Shown in pieces: positions 29,173-38,261 of a DNA stretch of 64,000 nt. Numbering within the stretch: the stretch's first letter is position 1; the number at the start of each line of letters is the position of its first letter. The DNA lies in the IMG/VR virus record IMGVR_UViG_3300020417_001527, positions 1 to 64,000 of that record. The stretch is one strand, 5' to 3'. Position numbers and translations under genes: made by a program. Under the pieces are notes generated by a model. It did no database searches, was not told where the DNA came from, and saw nothing but the letters and a program-made list of their open reading frames with translations. This stretch comes from a virus.

Positions 29173-29764
29173 GCAACAGTTGACAGGCAGAGATGATCAT
29201 CTTGCTGGCCAATCAGAAACCATGGATGATGTTGTGTATCACTATAACAGTCTAGGCTTTCGCGGTCAAGAGTTTGCAGGTGAAGTTGGCGTTGTAGGAG
29301 ATTCGTTTGTGTTTGGATTGGGTGTAGCACATGCATTTCCACACATACTGTCCATGGATAACATGGGCTATCCTTCTGCTTCCAATGACATGATTGTAAG
29401 ACATGCTATACAGTACATTCGCAACTATGCACCTGCCACAGTCGTTGTGTGCTGGACATACGGATACAGAAGAGAATGGATACGACCTGATGGCAAAGTG
29501 TATAGATTTAAAAACATGGATATGGACACACCAGATGATTATTTTTGGTTGATGTCTGAATTACAAAATGAACCGTGGGACAATTACAACTACTACAAGA
29601 ACAAACTGTTGATTGAATCGTTTTGTGCAGTAAATAATGTAAAACTGTTACAGATAGATAATCATGTAATTGTAAATGATAAAAAGGGTGCAGACGGAAA
29701 GCACCCAGGACAAGAATGGCACAACGCAGTGGCCATAAAAGTGAGTGAGATGCTGGATGCTTAA
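29159..29764 (+). CDS. SGNH/GDSL hydrolase-like protein
   Basis: YNSLGFR, GDSFVFGLG, SASND, DGKHPG. Confidence 0.65.
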   Translation: MELFEQQLTGRDDHLAGQSETMDDVVYHYNSLGFRGQEFAGEVGVVGDSFVFGLGVAHAFPHILSMDNMGYPSASNDMIVRHAIQYIRNYAPATVVVCWTYGYRREWIRPDGKVYRFKNMDMDTPDDYFWLMSELQNEPWDNYNYYKNKLLIESFCAVNNVKLLQIDNHVIVNDKKGADGKHPGQEWHNAVAIKVSEMLDA

Positions 29765-30026
29765 CAATGTAACATGGGGCCGTAATGCAGGTCGAATCAA
29801 CATAGAGGATCTATCCACACGTGAGTTACAGCGTGAATGTTCAAGAGCTTTGGCATCTGGAGCCATTGTGGCCACGTCTGCAAACCTAACTAAGTACAAC
29901 AAACAGGCTCCTCATAACAGTCATCTATGGTATAGAGCTGTTATAGAAGATTATGTAAAACAATACGGTGGCTTGCCAAGTCGTGCAGGTCCTGGTGTAG
30001 ATGTAAAACTGATACTGGAGGAATAA
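29757..30026 (+). CDS. Hypothetical protein
   Basis: Overlapping start and stop with both neighbours; contains IEDLSTRELQRE. Confidence 0.6.
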   Translation: MLNNVTWGRNAGRINIEDLSTRELQRECSRALASGAIVATSANLTKYNKQAPHNSHLWYRAVIEDYVKQYGGLPSRAGPGVDVKLILEE

Positions 30027-30712
30027 TGAATAGAAAAATACGCAACGCACTAGAACAGTTCTGTGTAGAAACGTTTGGTGTGAAACCAGATTACAACGCA
30101 ATGGAACCAATGGTTGATGCATTAGACCGACAGGTGTTGCACAATTATTTTGGTAACACAGGTAATTGGCGGCCTGACAATAAAAATTTCAAAGCATCAG
30201 GTGAACAGTTAATAGAAAAAGTAAACGCACTTAGACCCGATTCTGTGTTGGACATAGGTTGTGGTTATAATCTACTCAAAGGTAAAATTAAAAATCTATG
30301 GGGTATAGATCCATACAACACAGAAGCTGATGAAGTTATTGATTTGATGGATATAAGATTAACCGGCACCAATGATGTGGTGTTGTGTTTAGGATCAATA
30401 AACTTTGGCGATCAAACAGAAATTGAACGCAAGGTTGCAAAAGCAGTCAGTTTGTGTAAGCCTGGCGGTTCGTTGTTTTGGAGAGTAAATCCTGGACTTA
30501 CACACAGCAGAGCTGGTGCTGAATGGGTTGACTTTTTTGAATGGAATGAAGATAAGCTACGAGAGTTAGCAATCAAAAATGATTGTGTATGCGTTGATGT
30601 ACAAGAAGATCGTTGGCGAGACGACGGAGAAGGTTTGAGATATTATGCTCAATGGAATCGGAACAGAAATACAGAAGCAGAATCCGTTTCATTACAGAAT
30701 ATGGGAAGGTAA
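30026..30712 (+). CDS. Class I SAM-dependent methyltransferase (paralog 1 of 4)
   Basis: VLDIGCGYN, GIDP, LCLGSINFG, KPGG; GGAGG SD. Confidence 0.85.
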   Translation: MNRKIRNALEQFCVETFGVKPDYNAMEPMVDALDRQVLHNYFGNTGNWRPDNKNFKASGEQLIEKVNALRPDSVLDIGCGYNLLKGKIKNLWGIDPYNTEADEVIDLMDIRLTGTNDVVLCLGSINFGDQTEIERKVAKAVSLCKPGGSLFWRVNPGLTHSRAGAEWVDFFEWNEDKLRELAIKNDCVCVDVQEDRWRDDGEGLRYYAQWNRNRNTEAESVSLQNMGR

Positions 30713-32027
30713 TTTTTTACCTGAAGATTTGTATGACAAACTAGAACGTATGGTTTATGCTTACGAGCCCGAGCCAGACAGTCTGCTTAATGCTGAAGAT
30801 TATGTGTACCCAATGGGTCAAGCACATCTGTCGCCAGGACTGGATGGCTTTCGTGATCTGTGGTACATGCCTGCAAACAAACAATGGTTGTTGGATCTGC
30901 TGGATTGGCCGGCTGACCTAGATGCACAACTGGAAATTAAAATACACATTGATTCCAAAGGCTTTTATCAAAGACCACACAGAGATTTAAAAGATATTCG
31001 TTCACCTCGTGGATACGGCACTCTGCAGATATACTTTGGTTCAGATGAATTGGAAGACACAGGTGCATGGGTACTGGATGCTGATCACAACAAAGTTAGG
31101 CAGATTCCTTTTCAACGCAACACAGCCTGGTGTTTTAAAGCCACTGATATATCGTGGCATTCAGTGGATCGAATTGAACGTGAAGTAGACAGACGCTCCA
31201 TAATGATTAATGTATTTTCAAGAACAAGAATGTCAGACACCACGCCTGTTGCTGTTACATCAGAAGTAAAACGTAATCCTGTAAAATTTAAATCGTTTAG
31301 AGATCACACTCGTATTGATTTTTGTATAACCACATACTGTCAATCAAAGTGTCCTACCTGTCCTAGAACAGATGCAGAAACACTTGAACTTGCAAACTTC
31401 ATAACATTACAACACATGCCATTTCCTGTGTGGATGGATGTGATTGACAAAGTTGATTGGTCAACAAAAACCATACAGTTTTGTGGTGAACATGGTGATC
31501 CAATGATGCACCCTGACATAGAAAAATTTATACTGGCAGGCACAGCTCGTGCTTGGCAAGTGATGATAAACACCAATGGTGGCATACGCAAAAAAGAATG
31601 GTATCGCGAAATATACGACAAAGTTGAAGACCAGGATTATGGTGAGCTGTGCTTTACATTTGCCATTGATGGACTAACACAAGAGACCAATGAAAAATAC
31701 AGAATAGATGTTGATTTTGATCGTGCATGGGAAAACTTCTTGACTTGTGCTGAAAATCATAGTAGACTTACGTATTGGGACTTTCTTGTGTTCGAACACA
31801 ACTGGCATGAACTTGAAGATGTTATACGCATTGGCAAAGAGCTGGAAGTGAACATGGACATCAAAGTCAATCGCGGCGAACATGGCTTGCTGGTCAGTGA
31901 TGAAGGCAAACAGCATGTGAGAAACATACTTGGCATTGATGTTGATGCAGAAGAACAACAGATTGTGGATATACAGGATGCAAAAACAGTAGCACTATCC
32001 AATCTCATGGAGCAGAGCAAACTATGA
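30645..32027 (+). CDS. Fusion of a 2OG-Fe(II) oxygenase-like domain with a radical SAM domain
   Basis: N-terminal PHRD...SWHSV...RRS; C-terminal CQSKCPTC, FCGEHGDP, NTNGG, FAIDG. Confidence 0.8.
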   Translation: MLNGIGTEIQKQNPFHYRIWEGNFLPEDLYDKLERMVYAYEPEPDSLLNAEDYVYPMGQAHLSPGLDGFRDLWYMPANKQWLLDLLDWPADLDAQLEIKIHIDSKGFYQRPHRDLKDIRSPRGYGTLQIYFGSDELEDTGAWVLDADHNKVRQIPFQRNTAWCFKATDISWHSVDRIEREVDRRSIMINVFSRTRMSDTTPVAVTSEVKRNPVKFKSFRDHTRIDFCITTYCQSKCPTCPRTDAETLELANFITLQHMPFPVWMDVIDKVDWSTKTIQFCGEHGDPMMHPDIEKFILAGTARAWQVMINTNGGIRKKEWYREIYDKVEDQDYGELCFTFAIDGLTQETNEKYRIDVDFDRAWENFLTCAENHSRLTYWDFLVFEHNWHELEDVIRIGKELEVNMDIKVNRGEHGLLVSDEGKQHVRNILGIDVDAEEQQIVDIQDAKTVALSNLMEQSKL

Positions 32028-32353
32028 AAAAGGTTATCTGTGAAGCAATGAAAGGCAAAGAAATTGATATTGATATCAATTTTAAGATGTGGCCTTGCTG
32101 TATGTATCAAAATATATTTGCAGAATTTGGCAAGACTGGAGATCCATACATAGACTCTCTGCCGGCAGATTGGAATGATACACGAGTACACGGCATTGAC
32201 AAAATATTAAGGCACTATGCATACACAGAACATTTCAATGACAAGAGTTGGACAGATGAAAAGAAGTGTTCTCCTGTGTGCTATGAAAAATGTGCAGAAG
32301 GCGGTGAAATGCATTTGAATCATGCACCGTTAAATTTAGATGGCAAAGATTAG
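32024..32353 (+). CDS. Stand-alone twitch/SPASM-like Fe-S domain; split partner of 30645..32027
   Basis: C...WPCC...CSPVCYEKC; ATGA overlap; paralog of 63177..63470. Confidence 0.75.
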   Translation: MKKVICEAMKGKEIDIDINFKMWPCCMYQNIFAEFGKTGDPYIDSLPADWNDTRVHGIDKILRHYAYTEHFNDKSWTDEKKCSPVCYEKCAEGGEMHLNHAPLNLDGKD

Positions 32354-33221
32354 ATTAATGAATGTGCCTAAAAGGCAACTGGGAAAATTTAGATTTGTAG
32401 AAAAGAAAGATATCACAGATCGTTTTGTGTTGCCACAGTGGTGGCGACTGCCCGAATCAGTGAGATGGTCACACACAGCTCGTAACTATCAAAAAAGTTA
32501 TGATGCATGGACGGCCGAGTTTACATTTGATACTCGCAAATACACAGGACAATGGTTGGTAGACTACATTCAGCAACGTGATCCCAATGGGCTTGTGCTG
32601 GATGTTGGTTGTGGATCTAATCCTTACAAAGGTAAGATTAAAAATTTAGTAGGTATGGAGCCAGGCGATTGGGGCAGTAAAGATTTACAATGGGATATTA
32701 TGGGTCATATATACAAGTACGTGGAAGACAACAAATGGGATTGGCTACTTGCAATAGGTCCTCTCAATCATGGTGATACAAATGAAATTACTGAAATGCT
32801 CACCACCATGCATGGTTGTCTTAAACCAGGTGGTAAACTAGTATGTTTGGTCAAGCCAGCCAATTGGGCTCATCTCAAAGTTGACCCATGGAGAGAAAAC
32901 AGAGGCTTGTGCTATCCGTGGATGAAAGAAAGTATTTACAGATTTGGTGCTCAACAAGATTTTGAACTTGAACTTGCTCCTGTGCTGGATGGCACAGATC
33001 TTGGCAAACTCACAGATGAAAAATTACAAAAACTTGCTGACATTGAACCATGGGAACACACTCTAAATGGTGCACCACCAGTGGAGACTGAAGTGCAAGA
33101 CGGAGACATGTACTCGCAATGGGAAGCGGTACAACGGGAAATAAAACGCAGGAAAGACACACCTGATGCACCCAGCGAAGTTATAAGACAGCGTTGGTTT
33201 TGGATCTGGAGGAAGTTATGA
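32340..33221 (+). CDS. Class I SAM-dependent methyltransferase (paralog 2 of 4)
   Basis: VLDVGCGSN, IGPLNHG, LKPGG, terminal RWFWIWRK. Confidence 0.85.
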   Translation: MAKIRLMNVPKRQLGKFRFVEKKDITDRFVLPQWWRLPESVRWSHTARNYQKSYDAWTAEFTFDTRKYTGQWLVDYIQQRDPNGLVLDVGCGSNPYKGKIKNLVGMEPGDWGSKDLQWDIMGHIYKYVEDNKWDWLLAIGPLNHGDTNEITEMLTTMHGCLKPGGKLVCLVKPANWAHLKVDPWRENRGLCYPWMKESIYRFGAQQDFELELAPVLDGTDLGKLTDEKLQKLADIEPWEHTLNGAPPVETEVQDGDMYSQWEAVQREIKRRKDTPDAPSEVIRQRWFWIWRKL

Positions 33222-33242
33222 TTGTGTTAAGCAGAAGGAATC

Positions 33243-33620
33243 ATGAATCAACTAGTACCAGTTAAGAAAGGAGCCTTGGTTCCATATAAAAATAAAAAAC
33301 CAACTGAAGTACAACCATTTTTACTAGTCGAAGAACGCAAAGTGTTCGAGACACGTGAAGAAATAAAAAGATACTTACCGGACATCTGTGGCCTAGCATT
33401 GGCTCGCAGTTGGCACGACAAAGCGTATATGCACAAATTAGAAACAGATATTTACAACACATTTAAGGAAGGCGGAGTAATACTGCCAGAAGATACACTA
33501 TTACAATTTGAAAAAACAAGTGGCCAGAGAGCCAAGATTACAGTATATGAGCAATCTCCTCACAGCAACTTTAAATTAAAAGTTTGCAGTTTGAGTTTGA
33601 ACATGATAGCACAAAGGTAA
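33243..33620 (+). CDS. Small protein with a nitrile-hydratase-like leader peptide (NHLP)-like segment
   Basis: LARSWHDKAYMHKLETDIYNTFKEGGVILPE matches the A(R/K)AWxDxxFxxxLxxDPxxxLxExGxxLP pattern; AAGGA SD upstream. Confidence 0.5.
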   Translation: MNQLVPVKKGALVPYKNKKPTEVQPFLLVEERKVFETREEIKRYLPDICGLALARSWHDKAYMHKLETDIYNTFKEGGVILPEDTLLQFEKTSGQRAKITVYEQSPHSNFKLKVCSLSLNMIAQR

Positions 33621-33624
33621 AACA

Positions 33625-33795
33625 ATGTTAATTAATATATTAAAAATAGAAGCAATAGTTATAGGATTATTGATTATTTTGTATTTGATGGCATCATTGG
33701 CATACATTGGTATGGATTTAGAAATGATGTCCACAGATTATGAAATGGAGAAAATAATGGCAGAAAGGTTGGCAGTAATTGAACCAGGAAGCTAA
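33625..33795 (+). CDS. Small single-TM protein, 56 aa (not in the ORF track)
   Basis: Hand translation MLINILKIEAIVIGLLIILYLMASLAYIGMDLEMMSTDYEMEKIMAERLAVIEPGS; fills the intergenic gap. Confidence 0.6.
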   Translation: MLINILKIEAIVIGLLIILYLMASLAYIGMDLEMMSTDYEMEKIMAERLAVIEPGS

Positions 33796-34726
33796 TCTAG
33801 AACAAAGCGAACAGTATATGTCTGCTTTAAGTAGCGTAAAATCCAAGTTCGATCCAGAAGAAGTAGCTGGCTGGTCACGTGATAAAAGACTAGCACAGTT
33901 ACGTGAACACTTTTCCACTGGACATTCGGATATTATAAGAACAACATCACACACAAAAACAGGCTCAGGCTTTCCAGCCGCCGAAGTAATCAATGCAATG
34001 AATCCCGATCTGGTGCTTGATCTAGGTTGTGGATTTTCATTGTTTAAAGAACACATACAAGGGTTGATAGGTGTTGACCTACTGCCTTACGAAGGCAGAG
34101 TTGATCTTGTTATGGATTGTGATGATGCACTAGAACTGTTTCAGGACAATAGCGTAGATGCTATTCGTTGTGTAGGTCCATTCAACTTTGGCACACAAGA
34201 AGAACAGGAAAAACTCATTGGTTTGTGTTATGACAAACTTAAACCCGGAGGTGTAGTCTGTGGACATGCTCGTCCAGGACGCAAAAGCGATGCAACAGGA
34301 TTTAATTCACGTGGTATTATTCACTATCCATGGACAAGAACTGCGGTGCATGAGTTTACTGAACTGTTTGGTTGGGAACTGTGTGACCCACACCTAAGTG
34401 TGCCAGGCTGGGTGGAACAAAGCGATCACAAGTCACCCATCATCACAGAATGGACAGACCTACGACAGTTGAGCTGGCCACAGTTGAAAGACTACATGGT
34501 GCGTTTCAATCCAGACGATACACCCATTGATGATTTCAACAAATGGTTGGACAGAGAACATGACAACTCAGACATGTTTGATCCTCTGGAGTATCAAGAA
34601 GGACTCAAAGATGCACATGTTAAAGTGCAGAACGAATATTGGCGTAGATTAAAAGATGAACGATTTAACAGGCACATGCACGATGGTGTGAGACCTCGTT
34701 ATAATTGGTGGTGGAGGAAACCCTAA
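33779..34726 (+). CDS. Class I SAM-dependent methyltransferase (paralog 3 of 4)
   Basis: VLDLGCG, GVD, CVGPFNFG, LKPGG, terminal RYNWWWRK; alternative ATG at 33818. Confidence 0.85.
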   Translation: MNQEANLEQSEQYMSALSSVKSKFDPEEVAGWSRDKRLAQLREHFSTGHSDIIRTTSHTKTGSGFPAAEVINAMNPDLVLDLGCGFSLFKEHIQGLIGVDLLPYEGRVDLVMDCDDALELFQDNSVDAIRCVGPFNFGTQEEQEKLIGLCYDKLKPGGVVCGHARPGRKSDATGFNSRGIIHYPWTRTAVHEFTELFGWELCDPHLSVPGWVEQSDHKSPIITEWTDLRQLSWPQLKDYMVRFNPDDTPIDDFNKWLDREHDNSDMFDPLEYQEGLKDAHVKVQNEYWRRLKDERFNRHMHDGVRPRYNWWWRKP

Positions 34727-34947
34727 TGTACACAGTAGAATTTGAACATGACACATTTGAAATTGTGGTATTGGATGATGGTGGTTATGAAGATGATTTG
34801 CGAGTAGAAATTCAATCAGATGCAGTTTTTATTTCACAATGGAATACTGTGTTGAATGAAGAACAGAATATACGTATTTCGCCACAGATGTGGGACGAAC
34901 TGCTGTCAGCAGTTAAAAGCCCAGAAGGAGCATACATAAAAAGATGA
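34726..34947 (+). CDS. Small acidic hypothetical protein
   Basis: TAATG overlap with GGAGG SD; ATGA overlap with apt. Confidence 0.6.
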   Translation: MYTVEFEHDTFEIVVLDDGGYEDDLRVEIQSDAVFISQWNTVLNEEQNIRISPQMWDELLSAVKSPEGAYIKR

Positions 34948-35474
34948 TAAAAGATTTTATAAGAACAGTACCAAACTATCCTGTTAAAGGCGTAAATTTT
35001 TATGACTTGAACAGTTTGTTTGCAGGACCAATGTTTAAAACTGTGATTGGTTTGTTGTTGGACAAAGCCACTGCAATGAAAACACCCACACACATCATTG
35101 GTGTTGAAAGCAGAGGTTTTGTGTTAGGTTCTGCTGTAGCATATGCAATGGGTCTACCTTTTGTTATGGTACGTAAAAAAGGCGCCAAGTATCCAGGTAA
35201 ACTATTAAAAGAATCATACGAACTTGAATATGGTAAAGCAACTCTGGTGCTACAAGAAGGCCTGCTTGGACACACAGACAGATGTATCATTGTGGATGAT
35301 CTGGTTGCCACAGGCGGTTCATTGGGAGCAACAGCAAAGTTGATTGAACAAACAGGTGCAAAAGTATTGGGTGCATTAACTGTTATGGATTTGAAATACA
35401 TACGCAACAATGCAGATTTTGATTATCCAGTACACTCTATAGAAGAAGAATGGAACAATCCGCTTGAACAGTAA
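34944..35474 (+). CDS. apt: Adenine phosphoribosyltransferase
   Basis: GVNFYD, GVESRGF, VRKKG, YELEYG, IVDDLVATGGS PRPP-binding motif. Confidence 0.95.
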   Translation: MIKDFIRTVPNYPVKGVNFYDLNSLFAGPMFKTVIGLLLDKATAMKTPTHIIGVESRGFVLGSAVAYAMGLPFVMVRKKGAKYPGKLLKESYELEYGKATLVLQEGLLGHTDRCIIVDDLVATGGSLGATAKLIEQTGAKVLGALTVMDLKYIRNNADFDYPVHSIEEEWNNPLEQ

Positions 35475-36102
35475 CGGCATATTGAAACGTTTGAAAGAAC
35501 GTTTTGAACAGCAACACGAAGTACGCAAAAGATCACTTGCGTTACACAGGACACTCAGCGGAAGAAAACTGGCAGAAGAAATAGCAGAAAGCAATCCTAC
35601 GCTGGTTTTAGATCTTGGCTGTGGCAGTAACGAGTTCAAAAAGATAGTGCCAAATGTTATTGGTGTAGATGTTGCAGAGCTTCCTGAAGTAGATTTTAAA
35701 ATGAGCATACAAAATTTTCACAGACGCAAGCCTTTCAAAGAACGTACTGCTGATTGGATTCTGTGCTTTGGACCTTTCAATTATGGCGGTTCAAAATGGG
35801 CCACAGAAATTGGTGAATGTATGAGTTACTACTTGGCAGAACATGGCACCATAGTGTGTCATACTCATCCTACCAACAGTGAAATAGACTGGACAGAAGA
35901 AAACATAACTACATATGGAAAAGAATTTGGCTTTGTGACAGAAAGTGTACAGATAGGTCACACAGATATTATGACCATGTCCATGGAAGAACTGGATATT
36001 CAACAGGAAGTTGCATCACGTTCTCCTGATATTGCAATGGAATTATCGTTGGGCAAGGATCTTATAAGACCGATGGTGGTATGGCGATGGAAACACAAGT
36101 AA
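35464..36102 (+). CDS. Class I SAM-dependent methyltransferase (paralog 4 of 4)
   Basis: VLDLGCGSN, GVD, LCFGPFNYG, terminal RPMVVWRWK. Confidence 0.8.
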   Translation: MNSNGILKRLKERFEQQHEVRKRSLALHRTLSGRKLAEEIAESNPTLVLDLGCGSNEFKKIVPNVIGVDVAELPEVDFKMSIQNFHRRKPFKERTADWILCFGPFNYGGSKWATEIGECMSYYLAEHGTIVCHTHPTNSEIDWTEENITTYGKEFGFVTESVQIGHTDIMTMSMEELDIQQEVASRSPDIAMELSLGKDLIRPMVVWRWKHK

Positions 36103-36539
36103 AAGAAATTACATGGGACACCTGTAAAAAGATATGGGTACATCATCTTTGGAAGGGCAGAAAAGATATCAAAACAATGAGTAGCATGGCATCTGCCACT
36201 GAAACTGATATGGAAATTTATAAGAAATACTTTCCTTATTTCTTTGGTGCTTATGTGGATGGAAAGTTAGCAGGTGTTAATTCAGGACATAAAACTTCAG
36301 AAACAAATTTTCGTTCTAGAGGATTATATGTGCTGGAAGAGTATCGTAGATTAAACGTTAGCACAGATATATTACAACACACAATAGATACTGCACGTGA
36401 TATGGGCTGTACCATGTGTTGGACTTTGCCTCGTGAAACAGCATTGCCGGCCTATGAAAAGGTTGGCTTTGTAAAAATGAGTGAATGGTTTGCTACAGAT
36501 ACCAGTGAAAGTAACTGTTATGCAGAGGTACAATTATGA
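36081..36539 (+). CDS. GNAT family N-acetyltransferase
   Basis: RGLYVLEEYRR, ALPAYEKVGF acetyl-CoA motifs. Confidence 0.85.
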   Translation: MAMETQVKEITWDTCKKIWVHHLWKGRKDIKTMSSMASATETDMEIYKKYFPYFFGAYVDGKLAGVNSGHKTSETNFRSRGLYVLEEYRRLNVSTDILQHTIDTARDMGCTMCWTLPRETALPAYEKVGFVKMSEWFATDTSESNCYAEVQL

Positions 36540-37513
36540 GTAAAATAGATCGTAAAGAATATCAACGTTATTTTTTAGAAAAAGAATTGTTTGAACAATC
36601 AGATCAACATCAAGATTTAGACTTTGAAGATTATTATCCTGAACAACCATTGGAACCTTATTGGGATTCTCGTTGGTATGGCGGAGACAATGAACGATAC
36701 TTTTCACAGTTTGAACAAGCAGGTTGGATTGGTTGTCAAGGCATGGATTACAAATATGATCATGTCAAACAGGATCGTGTGTGGACACGTGAAGAAGTAA
36801 ACTATAATTTAGACAAGCACGGATTACGTTCAAATCACAGACCATCAGCAATGAGCAATAGCACTCGCATACTACACATGGGACAATGCAACACATTTGG
36901 AATGGGTTTAGCATACAAAGACAGTCACCCTGCTCTAACTGCCGAATACACAGGAGGATCACACATCAATCTTTCTCCTTATCATTCATTGATGACCATG
37001 TGGGAACCACTCAAACATTGGGTAGAAGAATATAAACCCACACACATTATTATCACCAATCCTCGTTTCTTTACAGAATCAGATTACATATATTTGCATT
37101 TGTATGAACAGAATGGACATAGAAATGATGCTGTAGAATGGCGTAAAGCACTGGCGGCCATGTATTTAGAAAACAATCGCAACTATGGTGAATTGTTTTT
37201 TGACTATGTTAACACACTCAATATACCCACAGCGTTCTACTTTGAACCCAGCAGACTGTGGAGACATCGTTGGATGAGACACATGAAGCCACGCAAAAAC
37301 ATGACCATCATGCGTGGAGACTTTAGTTGGGTTGTTGATCTTGCAAGGGATTGTAGACGACCTGGAATTAAATCTCAAATTAATATCGCAGAACAAATGG
37401 CTGATTGGATTGAAAATCCCAAGCCTCAATTGGGTCAATATATTAATCAAAAAGATTGGACATACAAATACCCACCAGTGGGCAAGTATGATATAAACAC
37501 TAACCTAGCTTAG
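36536..37513 (+). CDS. Degenerate SGNH-like protein
   Basis: YNLDKHGLR, GQCNTFGMG and DLARDCRRPG parallel the motifs of 29159..29764 but lack the catalytic Ser and His. Confidence 0.45.
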   Translation: MSKIDRKEYQRYFLEKELFEQSDQHQDLDFEDYYPEQPLEPYWDSRWYGGDNERYFSQFEQAGWIGCQGMDYKYDHVKQDRVWTREEVNYNLDKHGLRSNHRPSAMSNSTRILHMGQCNTFGMGLAYKDSHPALTAEYTGGSHINLSPYHSLMTMWEPLKHWVEEYKPTHIIITNPRFFTESDYIYLHLYEQNGHRNDAVEWRKALAAMYLENNRNYGELFFDYVNTLNIPTAFYFEPSRLWRHRWMRHMKPRKNMTIMRGDFSWVVDLARDCRRPGIKSQINIAEQMADWIENPKPQLGQYINQKDWTYKYPPVGKYDINTNLA

Positions 37514-38261
37514 TGGCCCAAACGTATTTTATCCACCAACCTACTGGATCAAACTGCCACCATTTTTCTTGTGTGGTATATCGCATAGGCTTTGCATGAT
37601 GATTGTTATGCCAACCTTCACCTAAACTTATCAATGCTATTAACCAATTGTTGGTTGAATGATCACGTGTGCGATGGTCCTGTGAACCCCACAGATGATT
37701 TATAATAGCATTTCCTCCTATGCCAGCAATGTATCCGTACATGATAGGAAATGAAAACACGATGCCTGCCAGTACTGGATGGTAAGCAAAAGTAAAAATT
37801 AATCCATATGTGTGAATTTTAAAATAATGTTTTTGAATAAATCTTAACTGTTTGTCACGTACAACATCACGCAACATTTTTGGTCGTGCGTTGAATGTTT
37901 TATAATATCCAAAAAACAATTTGTACCATGGTGTGTCTTTGGGACAATGTGGATCATCTTCTTTGTCTGAATTTGCATGATGTATTCTGTGTACAGCAAT
38001 AACATGAATAGGTGCACCAGACAATGCTAGTATTCCTAGCCACGACATTATGTTTCTACGTATAGGACCTGTTTCATAGGCTCGATGGCTCCAGTATCTG
38101 TGCCAACCTGCCCATGTGCCTACACCTATTGCAAACAGAGCCCATGCAAAACCTATCCAAAATAAATCCCATCTGTCATTGACAGAGCACCAATAGACTG
38201 TGTATATTGTTAATGCAATATTTGTAATTAATAATGTTCTTATTTTTGAACCGTAGCTCAT
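37500..38261 (-). CDS. Membrane fatty acid desaturase (delta-9/DesC-like)
   Basis: Histidine boxes HRYWSH, HRIHH...DPH, GEGWHNNHH; WWQFD; TM segments. Confidence 0.93.
   Translation of the reverse strand: MSYGSKIRTLLITNIALTIYTVYWCSVNDRWDLFWIGFAWALFAIGVGTWAGWHRYWSHRAYETGPIRRNIMSWLGILALSGAPIHVIAVHRIHHANSDKEDDPHCPKDTPWYKLFFGYYKTFNARPKMLRDVVRDKQLRFIQKHYFKIHTYGLIFTFAYHPVLAGIVFSFPIMYGYIAGIGGNAIINHLWGSQDHRTRDHSTNNWLIALISLGEGWHNNHHAKPMRYTTQEKWWQFDPVGWWIKYVWATKLG

Noticed and set aside
32995-33045. LTDEKLQKLA resembling the LSDEEL motif of RiPP leaders
   Set aside because: It is internal to a methyltransferase with no double-Gly site; better explained as part of the shared helical insert.
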